A stretch of DNA of 59,025 nucleotides, filler included, from Stramenopiles sp. TOSAG23-6 (lineage: Eukaryota): NCBI GenBank assembly GCA_900128565.1. It is 2 parts of 2 records of this genome, joined end to end, with 100 filler letters (N's around TTAATTAATTAA, not from the genome) between each part and the next. Parts side by side here need not be neighbours in the genome. Positions count along the whole stretch, not along the records: positions 29,690 to 59,025 come from LT635971.1; 1 more part is not named here. One strand, 5' to 3'. Position 1 is the first letter of the stretch; each line of letters opens with the position of its first letter. The position numbers and the translations under genes are program-made. The notes beneath the pieces were generated by a model. That model ran no database searches, was not told where the DNA came from, and saw only the letters and a program-made list of their open reading frames with translations. This document shows positions 35,301-47,300 of the stretch, in pieces.

Positions 35301-38300
35301 CATCACCAGCTAATACTCTACATAGGGGACTCCAACTGGAAAATTTACTTCCAATTTCTGTACGAACTCTGCATGTATAAGAATACCGCGCAGAAAGATC
35401 AGGAATCGTACAATGTTGCTCTTGACCATGGTATGCTTTCGTAAAACCATGAATTCCATCACTCAATTCTAAAGTAAACCAGACTTGGTCACTTAAGTTT
35501 CGGAGGTTTGAATGAGTATTTTCAGATTTTTCCTCCTTTTCCTTTTTGTATGTTTTAGTTTCTGTAGATTTTCTAAATGTATTTCCTACATCTTCTTTCG
35601 TTTCAGATGTCTTGTTCTGAGCTTCAGAGTAATTATTCTTTGCTAATTTTTGTGAATATCCCGATATGACTACGTGCCAAGCTACATTGACACTATCAGG
35701 AAATCTCTCTTCAACAACTGGAGCTGCAGGTGTAGGAATTTCCTGTGATATTGTGGTGTCTGCTGGACTACTTCCACTTGTTTTATTTTCTTCTAGATGT
35801 TCTCGTTGTCCTATTTCTCCTGGGTATATGATATACTTAGATGCAATCAAAAGGTCTACTAAAGAACGAAGATACCCTGACCTCATTATTTCTTTCGTGC
35901 CTTCTTCTTTTTCGTTTCTTCGCTGGGTAATCGTAACGAGCCTTTCTAATGGTAATACTTCTAAAGCCAATTGTCTTTCTCGGAGCGTTGGAATTTCACG
36001 TTTAGTGGGAATTGAATCTGATATTTTTCCATCTGTATTTTCAGTATATGTCAATGACTTTATTTCATCATTTGTTGGCATCCACGCTCGTAAGATCCAA
36101 GTTAGTACTAGACTTGTTGCTTCTTTCAGCGGTATATTTGGACTACGAAACCCTTCCGCAATGCACTTAAATGACGATACTCGGAATATCTGAGGAGATT
36201 TTGTTGCGATCAACAATCGGAATATCCACAGTGATAACTCGACACAAGGCATTCCTGTCGTGGAATCTGAAGGGCGAAATTCCCTTGCACCCCAAACAAC
36301 ATTCTTGTACCTGTCATACCTCGCCTCTACGAAATGAGACATTGCATATTGAAACAAAGCGTTTTCGAGCTTTTTGGGATCTTGCTTCTCTCTTTCGTGA
36401 AATTTATCTTGGTCTCTTGTAAGCATTCTAAATAATGAACACCAAAGCAAACGACATGTGTTATTTCCAGGATGATGATTTTGAGAAACAGCAGATGGGT
36501 GGTTTATTCCATAGTGCATGGTGAAATATGTTGTCGAAAGTTCCAACAATTGTATTAATTGTTGCAATCCAGTATCACCTTCTGCCAATAAGCGATAGTC
36601 CATACTCAGTGATTGTGGCGAAGTCCCTGAATGATCACGCCCCTTACATTCCTTGATTGTTGTATTTATTGGCGTATTTGCTGTATTATCCAATGATATC
36701 CACGATCTTAATAGCTGAAATACAGATGCTCGAGCATATAAAGTTGCAAGTATCTCTTCACTTTTCAAGAGCGTGCTTAATATAGCACTGTACTCAATAT
36801 TTATTTTATTGATATTGCGTAGATTTTTCATTGTATTTTGTTTATCGCCAACTGGCATATTAGTAGGTTTTACAGAGGGGTATCGATAATTCTGAAATTC
36901 GTCATAACTTACAGAGAGTAGACCATTACTACCTCCTCTAAGTTCATTTTTTTGAGTATTTCCTATATAAATTTCTTCCTGACGTTGAACTTGATGAGAA
37001 TATGTAATAGGGAACATAAAATCAGATGGAGAACTCTTCCTTTCTGCGTACTCATATTCAAGAAGGTCTTCCATATCCTTCCCACTCTTGGTGTTATGAT
37101 CTACACCATTCCCTTCGTTCATATCAGTGTTCATTGAATCGCTTTCGACTTGGCCATCAATTGACAGCTTGCGTTGTTCTGTGTCACTGTCATTTAAGGT
37201 TTTATAGTCTCCCTTTTCATTAGTGTGTTTTAATTTCATGAGGTACTCTTCATCATCTTCGCTATCTTCAACCTCATCTTGATAAGCGTCTTCAATGTTT
37301 GAATCTTGTGACTCATCATCATCGTCAATTTCATGTGTGCGCAAAGAAAGCAAATCCAGATTGTCGATTATCCAAGTGGATGCTCCTGCGATATCATTAT
37401 TACTCTCTTTTAATGCGAGATTGCACCAGTCTTTTGGAAATCCCATCACCATTAATTCGTGGACAAGTTCAATAGGGGCAAATTCGGTCTTGGGTTCATT
37501 TTCACTTCCTTTAATCATAGAGTCACCATTATCATCATTATCATTGTGGACTTCAAATTGTGTGTTGATGAAGCTTTGTTTATGTTCATCGGGTGGTTTT
37601 GCAGATGCATCAAAGAATAAAACAGATCGATGATGGACTTCCAAATGGGTTGTAAAATCGTATGATATACGCGGTGGCTCTGGATTACGACTTTCTGTAC
37701 ATATTGGACAAACCACAGGACGAGTATCATTTTCGTGGTTTTCCAACACATGGAAAATAAGATGTCGTTCGTCCAACTTTGACGCTGCACAATATGGACA
37801 CATAAGTGAAAGTGAAGATTTCGTGTCAGTACTAGAACGCATCCATATGGATCCCTTTTCACTTGTATGCTGTCGAATAGATCTTGCTTGGTTTTTGCTT
37901 GCTTTCATGCACTGATATCGTTCACATTGCAAATCAAATAGTTTTTGGCGTTGCTGTAGAACTTTTGTTTCCATTTCATCCAAATTTACAAACTCGGTTT
38001 GAGGAAACCTTTTTGAAGCAAGATCAAGAAGATACACAGCCAGCTTATCCTTAGAAGTGATAATTTCGTAAGTCCATTTTACATCCTGAAGCAAGCATTT
38101 AAGGACTTTCATCGTTCGGCTCAGCAATTGGGCTCGAAGTGTTGCACTTTCCTGTTGAGGTATTCCCATTGGGTGACATTTTTTTTGTTTAAGTTTTTGT
38201 TTCTCATCTTTTAATTTCCAGCCTGCTTTGCCTGGAATATCAGGTTTCTTCAAACTCTCTTCATGTGAAACAGCCGGTGCTAGGGTATCAATATCTTTAT

Positions 38301-41300
38301 ATTCTCCTTCAGAGTATTCTTCTTTGACTTCGGGTCCTTTAATATTTGCAGGAATATCGTCAATAATTTGTTTATTTTGATAGTGTTCTGTTTGTTGACT
38401 TGATATTTTTTTTGAATCCGAAAGAAAATGAAATATTACGGGAATGAATTCTTGTGGGTCAAAAATAGAACGATTCATCAGACACTTTTGTTTCTTGTCG
38501 CAATTTCCCGTTAATTTCCGACCAATAGATTGAGAAATATTATCCAAATGAATTTCATTTGAGTCATTTCCTCCAAGAATGCAAAGAGATGCGAGTCCAC
38601 GAAGTAATTGACCCAAAGCAAGACTTGATAAAAATAATTGTCTTGGTGAATTTTTCCCTCCAACCATTTTAGCATTTTTATTATTTGCGTCGGTCAAGCG
38701 CGTTACTAGCTTTAAGTTTTCTGGTAAACTACAAATTGATGATTTTAATTCTTCTTTGACAATTGCTTCCCATAGAGGCGACCCCGCTAAATCGCGCAAT
38801 AAATTACTCAATCCCGAAGCAAGTAAAACTGATGGAGGGGGGAGAGTGATATTATTGTTTTTCTTGGGTGTATCGATAGTAAAACCTGAAAATCTAGAAC
38901 TCGTGGATAATGTATGACATGTTGGAACAAATTGGGAATTTGGAAGCTTTCTCCACATTGCTTTACCCATCATTTGTAATAAACATGTTATTATTGTCGT
39001 TTTCATTGTAAGGGGAACAATTTTGGTGGCATTTACTTCTGAGTTATCTTCTAATATTGCGCACAACGTTTCATTGTCTATCATGTCCGGACTAATATTT
39101 TTTAGCACATGACCTAATGCAATTAATATGATATGTTGTAATCTAGTAGTTCCAACTACAAATAGTTGGACAAAAAGACGCAACCATTGTTCGCGTATGA
39201 AAACTACTTTCCCTACTTTTGAACGTGCCAAGTAAGAAAGCAGCGAACAAATTTGATAACCGTAAGTATCACGTTGCTCACCAGTACCAACTGGAGAATT
39301 ATCTTTCATCTTAAGAATCTCGGAAAAGCTTAATGCTCTCGCGTAATACCGACATTGTGCAATGCTCCCAGATAAAGGTACAAACGAAACATTCCATGGA
39401 AGACGTCTCCATTTTAAAGATGTATAACCAATACAAAATTCGGATTCTCTATACACATTATTTGATTCAGTAACTTTTTCTGCTAAAAATTCGGATTCTC
39501 TATACACATTATCTTCTAATTCATTATCTTTTTCAGCTAGTGGTTCCGTTCCTACACGTGTTTTCCCTTTGGCTGGACGTAACTTGCACCGATTGTTCAA
39601 TTCGCCATTTACATATAAAGTTCCAATACCTGTCTTTGTTTCTAGAACAAGGCTTATATGAGTCCATTTAAATAATGGCACGACATTTTTACTAATGAGA
39701 TAAACATTCCTCGTTTTTGTGACGTCTCCAAAGTTTGTTGATTTTGGTGCCAACGGATCAAATATCACACAAACTCTTCCGCTAGTTGGTTGAATGCATA
39801 TAAAAGGGCCATATACAGTATTTGAAATATCTGGAGTATTGTTGTTTTCTTTACACGATCGTCCAAATATAAAACCATGGTGCTTACTAAATTCTTTTGT
39901 AGGAAAAATCCAAAGTGAAATAGAATAACTCCCAACATCACCGAGGATACCAAATGCTTCTGATTTGATAGTATTACCAGGGTCCGCGTGAAATGACTCT
40001 CTGTAATCTAGAAGATTTTGTGAGACAGAAATGCAAGTATATTCATTGTCATTGTTCACGGGAGTAATATCCGCAAATGCTTCCGGCTTTGTCTTTTCTA
40101 CAAACTTAAAAGTAAAGAATTTGGATTGTCCAATAAGTAACTGTGATTGAGGATCCGATGAACTTCTTTCCATGTTACTACTCGCAGTTTTGTTGATATT
40201 TATAATGCCATCTAGCAAATTATCACTCCCTCGTAGCTGGGCTAGTGCGCGCAAAGCCATTCGGTGAAATACGTCAAATACAGGACTAATATGAATTGCA
40301 AATGACTCTGGTAAAGTAACTATTTGCACTGAAAGTAATCGAAATATACTCCAGACCGCACTTTGAAGTCGCTTAATCTCCTTTTGTATATATAGTGTTT
40401 TGGTATTATCATTTGGCATTTTATTCAATTTTTTGCGTAGTGGTGTTTTGTGTGTTGCAGTTTTATTGCCTTCAACACCAACACTGCCAACTTGTACTCT
40501 TGTCGTTCCAGGCATATATGCATACTCTTTTGAAGCAGAAGAATTCATCACTTTTGAGATTTCTTTGTGAGAGCATATTTGTAACATTGCTATAAAGTTC
40601 TCGAGGGTATCGAAAATTCCAACAGATGCGAGAAACTTAAAATGTTTTACACGAAAGTGCAACGCCCAAGCATTCAATACGATGGCAACTAATTTTAACT
40701 CTGCTACTGTTGCACCATTGATGCTAAAAGTCGATGATTTCAATTGGTGTTTTTGCATGCTGTTATGATCTTTCGTAAACTCTGAGACCATCTTTGGTGC
40801 GAACACTGCCGATGGGCTCGTGGTAACAATAACTGGGCCGTTTGATTCACTATTCTGACCTCCTTGCTGTAAACTATAGTCTGGGCTTATACCGCGAAAA
40901 TTGAGTGTTTTCATTAGAGATTGTATTCCGTCGTCAGAATCTTCATGTATTTCTTTTGGTATTATAGGAGAATTTGCTCTTGATATTATAGACGTAAACA
41001 TTGGGTGGAGGCTACATTGACTTATGATACTTGTTAAATGCTGATAAAGATAACAAAATGAAGACCATACTTTTGAAAGAAGTACAGGGCCTACACTTTG
41101 CAGATGATGATGCACTGATCCACTTGAAGCTTTATTAACACGAAGAGCGTGCGGAATTCCTCGAAGCATATCCGATTTTACTGATGTAAATGAAACATGA
41201 TCTATTAAATTTCGAGTAATATTTAATCCTGCTTGTCGCACGACTGCTCGTCTCACATTATCAAGCACTAACGCAAGTAAAGTTGAAGCTTTAGGTTCAG

Positions 41301-44300
41301 CTTGGCGAGTTCTTCGAACAAATGAAAGAATTGCAACAAGAGATTCATCTCTTGAGAGATAGCGCATCATATCATCAGTTGCTGAAGCAAAGTTTTTGGA
41401 TGCCGCAAATTCTCCCTTGGAAATATTTGATTGAGGTTTTCCAAAAAATTCTTCTGGTGCACGCCTTGACTGGGAAAGTGATAGTTTCCATTGTCGTGTG
41501 CAATGAAATGCCATGCGTACTATTCTCCACTTGCTTTTCCTCCTAATTTCACTTTCCCGATTTTCTCCAAATGAACAATTATCACTTGGCTGTATTGAAT
41601 GAGGTTCATATGCTCGGCGAATATAAATTAACTTTTCAAAATGAGGTTCAAATGCAAGAAGTAGATGAGCACGCTTTATGACAGAATCACAAAGCTTAAC
41701 AACATCAGAAATATATTTGTGAACTGTCATCCATACACCCAAAACATTTTCTTTGTTTACTCCTCTTCTAGAAGACGCACGGCCATTTCTACTAAGAACA
41801 TTTTTGCCACGACTCTTGGATCGCTCGTGCACAACTGGTGTATTCATATTTGAGTGAGACTCGGCCTTTGCCATCAATGCCGAGCGTTGTCCAACGAGCC
41901 ACATTCTGAGTTTGACACACGAATCCCACAACTGAAGTAAATGTCTTGGGGGGGTTCTTTTCTTTGCCAATTCTTTTACTAAGTTCTTTAACTCAACTTC
42001 GCTCAAAGTGTATAGTTGATTTTCTTCGATATCAAATCCACTTATGATACCCCTACACCAAGCAAGTGCCTGGTGTTGTTGTACTGTGTGGCACAGTAAA
42101 GTAGCAAATAACGCTCGCTCGGCTTTATCCATAGCTTTTGCTTCTATGCCAGCACCAGAGCTGCCTTGTCTCAGTGCCATACGATAGCCAAAATGTTTTC
42201 TTTGAGAACTTAGTCGCATCCACATTGCAAATATACCTCCAGCCATTTTTCCAGATACCAAATCAGTTAAGAAAGTCTTAAGTTCTCTTGGTGTAGTTCC
42301 TACCCAACCTACAACTTGTTTATTCCCCCAAAGTTGCTCAACAATTGTTTTTTTAGTGTCCTCGAAATTCACTGGGATACTTCGACCTCGTTTGTAAATA
42401 TCATCCTTAAATAATGTGATACCAATTATTTCTTTATGCTTATTTAGTGTTTCAATTTTAAGCCCTCCTTCAAATAGCGGATGCTCTAACCATTCGCGAT
42501 AAGCTTCGTTGCAAAACAAAACATTAAGTGCATCTGTGTCACTGGAATAAGTGTTCCCCAAAATTAGAGTCGCCGCAAAACGCCCTGCAAGAACTCCCAA
42601 TGTTTTTTCGAGTGTTAGCAACCATGGGATGTCTAAAGCCGATGCAATAAGGCTACAACCCCCATCAAAATGCCCACTGTTTTCACACGACTTTTCAAAA
42701 GGTAGACTTTGTAAATAGTATGATGATTCGGCAGAGATAATAGCTGGAACAAGTTTATTGAAATCATCAATGCCTCGAAGAAGCTCTGAAAGTGTTGGCA
42801 ATAGCGCCGCTGAAATATGCAAATGCCGTGCAAAAAGTAATAATCCTGTTACCAAAGATGGTAATACAGACCCAACCAGAGATGATTTTAGTAATTTTAC
42901 ACATTGTTGTACAAATAATTCTCGATCGCTCTCGATACTATTTTTTACATCAAATTTTGCCCAATTTAATTGCGAATTTTTAATGATAGAGCAACACTGT
43001 TTCATAACTAAAATGGAGTATGCTACAAGACATTGCCACGATATGGGCATTGAAAGTTGATGCCCATATGATTGAGTGAAAGAATTTTGACTAGTTCTTG
43101 TACCAGTTGATCTATTTGACATTCTGCTACTGATATTTCTCCTGCCCCATTCGTCTGTACCTGGAAAACTTACTGTTGCATGTGTCACAATCGGGATTAA
43201 TTTCCCTTCATCTGATAATGTTGCACCTGAACTTGCAACTTCTGTATCAACAGCATCATTGCCAGCCCAAGAAAATAGAAGGCGTTCTTGTGATAATAAT
43301 AATTTTATCATTGATGAAAGACGTGGGTTTGCTGGTATCCAATTTTCTTCTTCGGAAGATTCGGTATCAATATTTACATCTGAATTTGCATTAGCTTTGG
43401 ATTGCTGAAGATTGTTGCTAGCCGTTTGTTTCGCTTTTTTTATATCTTCTGGTTTAAATTCGCTAGGTATTTCGGTTGAAGATTCGCCACTCTCTTTAGA
43501 TTTTCGGATCTCAAAGTACTCTTTTCCTTTTATCATTGAAACAATTCTTGAAATTTCAGATGTTGTATCACTTGCTATTTGAGTCACAACCCCATTGACC
43601 ATAGTCTGGAAATTAGCAATATCATCGGTCGGTGACACCGGGCTCTTTGATCTACGCCCGTCACTTATTCTAGCTGCTTTCTTCTTTTTGTCCGTAGATC
43701 TTGGAGTGGAAGTAAATGTGCTTTGGTCATACGTATAAATCCAATTCTCTGTCGCATCTGTAGTGGGAAGCAACTGTGATAAAATTGTATTGTCATTCAT
43801 CCTTTCTAGTAATGGACCTAATAGACAAGATTTTGTCTTCTTTGAAATACTTCCAATACAATCCTTATTCATTTCATTTGTTGAGTTATCTAAAATAGCT
43901 GTCAGTAGTCTTATTTTTTGCTCCCTACTGGGATAAAATAACTCTAAACCTGTAACAAGTACATACGCCGATTCTCTCTGGATATGATTCAACACCGCGA
44001 TCGATTTAAACCCCAGAGGAGTTTCAATAATGTGGACGAGACAAGTATGTATACGCCTTAATATGGCCCGCATAGCTGCGTCGTGGGCATCAGCTGAGCG
44101 ATACTCTAAATCAAATTTTAGTGTTGTATCATCAGTTTTTTCGCCACTTCCATAATTATACAATGTCTGTACATCTTGTTTTAACATACATCGAGCTCCA
44201 ATACCTGACTTCAAAATTGCGATTATATTGAGTTTCAAAATTTGCAAGCAAGCATGTAAGAGGTGCGGTCGAATACTATCAATATTTTTAATTCCGTTAT

Positions 44301-47300
44301 GATATGTCTTACTTTCGTCACATTTTTTNATAGGATTTGAAAGATATCTCAGAAGAGATAAAATCATGGCAAATGTTTGAGGCGTTGCTTCTATACAGTA
44401 CAGAGCCCACAATTTAGGTAAAATCGGTGGTTCAAATCTATTTGTTGGTGCATCATTGTTTCTGTTGCACCACTGCTTCCATTTCCCAGATAAACCTGCT
44501 TCATCGTGCGCAGCTTCAGAAGAAATTAGTGACTGGAATCCTGCTGTCTTCATGAATGAGTGTGCAGTTGCTAGTCGCTCAATATGAGCAAGTAATAACA
44601 CCGCTGTTTTGTATGGAGATATGGGTTCCAATAGCAACTTCGAGTTCAATTTAAGTTGTGTTGCAACTCTTGTGACAAGTGTGGAGTAACTATTTTGGAC
44701 TAATGATTCATTTTCTACAGTTAATGAAGTTGTGCTATTATTCAAAAGTGGATCCTCATTATTTGATTCGTTTTTATTGGCTTGCTCATCTAAAGTTTCT
44801 TTTGGTGTTAGTTCTTTGGTGCATTCCTCTTGTGTCGAAGGATCAACTTCTTTGTATGGTAATGGTATTTTAAAAAGAGGATTGCTTAGTAATGCTTGTG
44901 AGGAATACTCAGGAGTCATCGGTTTTTTACTCTTTTTACTATGACGTGGGGACACGTTTCGACCAGTTAGAACAATTGTATGATAAAAACCGGTAGCAAT
45001 TGATGTTATGTGCTTTCCTAAAAATAGTTGCAGCATGACAGGTTTATGTCTCTCGTTTGTATCCCCTGTACCAAGTTGGCCATGATTATTACGTCCAAAT
45101 ACATACAGTAAACCGGATTTGGCAACTGCAACAGTGTGATAACAACCTGCGGCTATCTTACATATACCGGCCCCTTCTAATTCTGTAATCGATGTTGGTT
45201 CATGTACACGCTGTGTCGTGTGACCTAGCCCTAATTGACCATAATCATTACGACCAAACGATATTAAGCCATCTTTATGAAGGACAATTGAATGATAGTA
45301 TCCACAACGTATCTGTAATGCCTTCGTTGGCTGGCCACCCAATGTTGTAAGATTTAATACAGCGGTTGGTCTTGTATGACATTCATCACCTTCTATGCCA
45401 AGTTGCCCATAATCGTTCTTACCACAAGCTAGTACTTTACCTGCATCTGTGGCAACCATAGAATGATATTGACCACACGCAACACCGCGTAGGTGAATAC
45501 CCAGCAAAGTATCAACTCGCTGTGGCTGGCTTTTATCTATTTTATCGCCTAATCCAAGCTGGCCAAAATCATTTCGACCAAAGGAAAACGAATCGCCACT
45601 ATCACATGATATGAATGAATGATAATAACTACATGATACTAAAGCAACCTTATGGCGAGACAAGGAGTTGACTAATTTTGGCGTTGTTTGCGATATTGTA
45701 TTTCCTTGACCAAGTTGGCCACGATAGTTGTAACCAAACGACCAAAGTTTACCATCAGTTGTAACAACAAGAGAATGTTCGCATCCATTATATGCATGTA
45801 TATGTGAAATACACTGATCTTGGTCACTAAAAGAATCTATTTTAGATAAAGAACTTACTCTAGACGTATTCCCCAAGCCACATTGTCCATTATCATTATA
45901 ACCCGCAGTGTATGCAACTCCACCTCGAGTAAGAATTATTGTGTGTTCATTACCAGCAGCTACCTGGACGACATTTTTATCGTCTAAAGAATTAACTTTT
46001 GTTAAGACAGTTCGCGCTTTATCATCGTCATGTGCCAGTTCACCATAGCTATTTTGTCCACAGGTCCAAACTTCAGCTTTGTCAAACGAGTTATCGACAT
46101 GCGATTGTTCAATTGTTGGTTGCGTGGCAGCAATTTGGCAAATATAAGGGAGTACATTCAGTTCAAGGAATCGTCCTTTGCTAGTTTTGTTATCACTTAT
46201 ATCATTACTTTTACTATTACTATTACTATTACTATTACTTGGGTTATTCTGACACATATTTTGTTTTGAATTGTCATCAAATTCTAACTTTATTCCCATG
46301 AATGATGCGGAAATGAGACCAGTATTATCTTCCGATGACCCAATGCCAGATACTGATAAAGCACATGTAGATGGTAATTTTGCATCAACTCTTTTCTTGT
46401 GCTGAACTTTGTCCTGTGTCTTTGGTAAATATTTAGTTTCTGGAATATCAAGAAGAGTTGCAACAACCAAGAGCAGATCATGGAGAGACCCACGGGCAAG
46501 TGCAAGTCCCAGTAGGGAGGTAACTCCACAAGTTGAATATTTAATAGACAAACATCTATTATCTAATTCTTTGTTCTCATCTAGTTCTCTTTCTTCTTTA
46601 TTTTGTAATTTTTCTATAGTTGACATTGAATTATAAAGAGTAGAACAATAAAGAAAATCTCGAATAGCATCAAGTATCTGATATGATCCTAAGCGCAACT
46701 GCTTGATAATATTCTTATCACTATTCTGTTGAAGAGAATCATTCTTGTCATCTTTAACGTTGAAGTCAGTATTTGAAGAATTGTTTACTTTTGGTGAATC
46801 ATCTTTACTCAATAATTTTCTATTGGAATTTAGGAGCCTATTAGCGATTGAAGGAACAATACTTGCTGGTGCAAGATTTAAGATAACCTCAGATAAATCC
46901 AATAAAAAATATTTTTTTTCATTGAGAGCAAAATCTGGCTCTGTTATACAAGAAATCATTAGTGCCAAGAGACGGAGACACATAGATATATCTGATGGTT
47001 CATTATGCTGGCCGTGTTCTATGTTTACTTCATTGCTAAAAGTGTCAGTTGTATAATGTTCATGAAAGTTTTTAATTTTATCTCTCTTTTCGTTCTTTTT
47101 GTATTGACGATCATTTATAGATTGATCATTCAAGGAGAAATGTAACACATTTGCCGAATCACGTCGATGTGCTTGGTGAACCCATTGAAGTAATGATACA
47201 CGTTGGCATAATGATGCTGTAAATATATCGTCGGTCTCGCAAAGTAGTCTGATTCGTCGAACAAGTTCAATCTGTTGATGTTTCATGATCAATTCTGGAT

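Noticed and set aside
32918-47056. Many short antisense or alternate-frame ORFs within long genes
   Set aside because: Shadows of the long coding strand, with no independent motifs.
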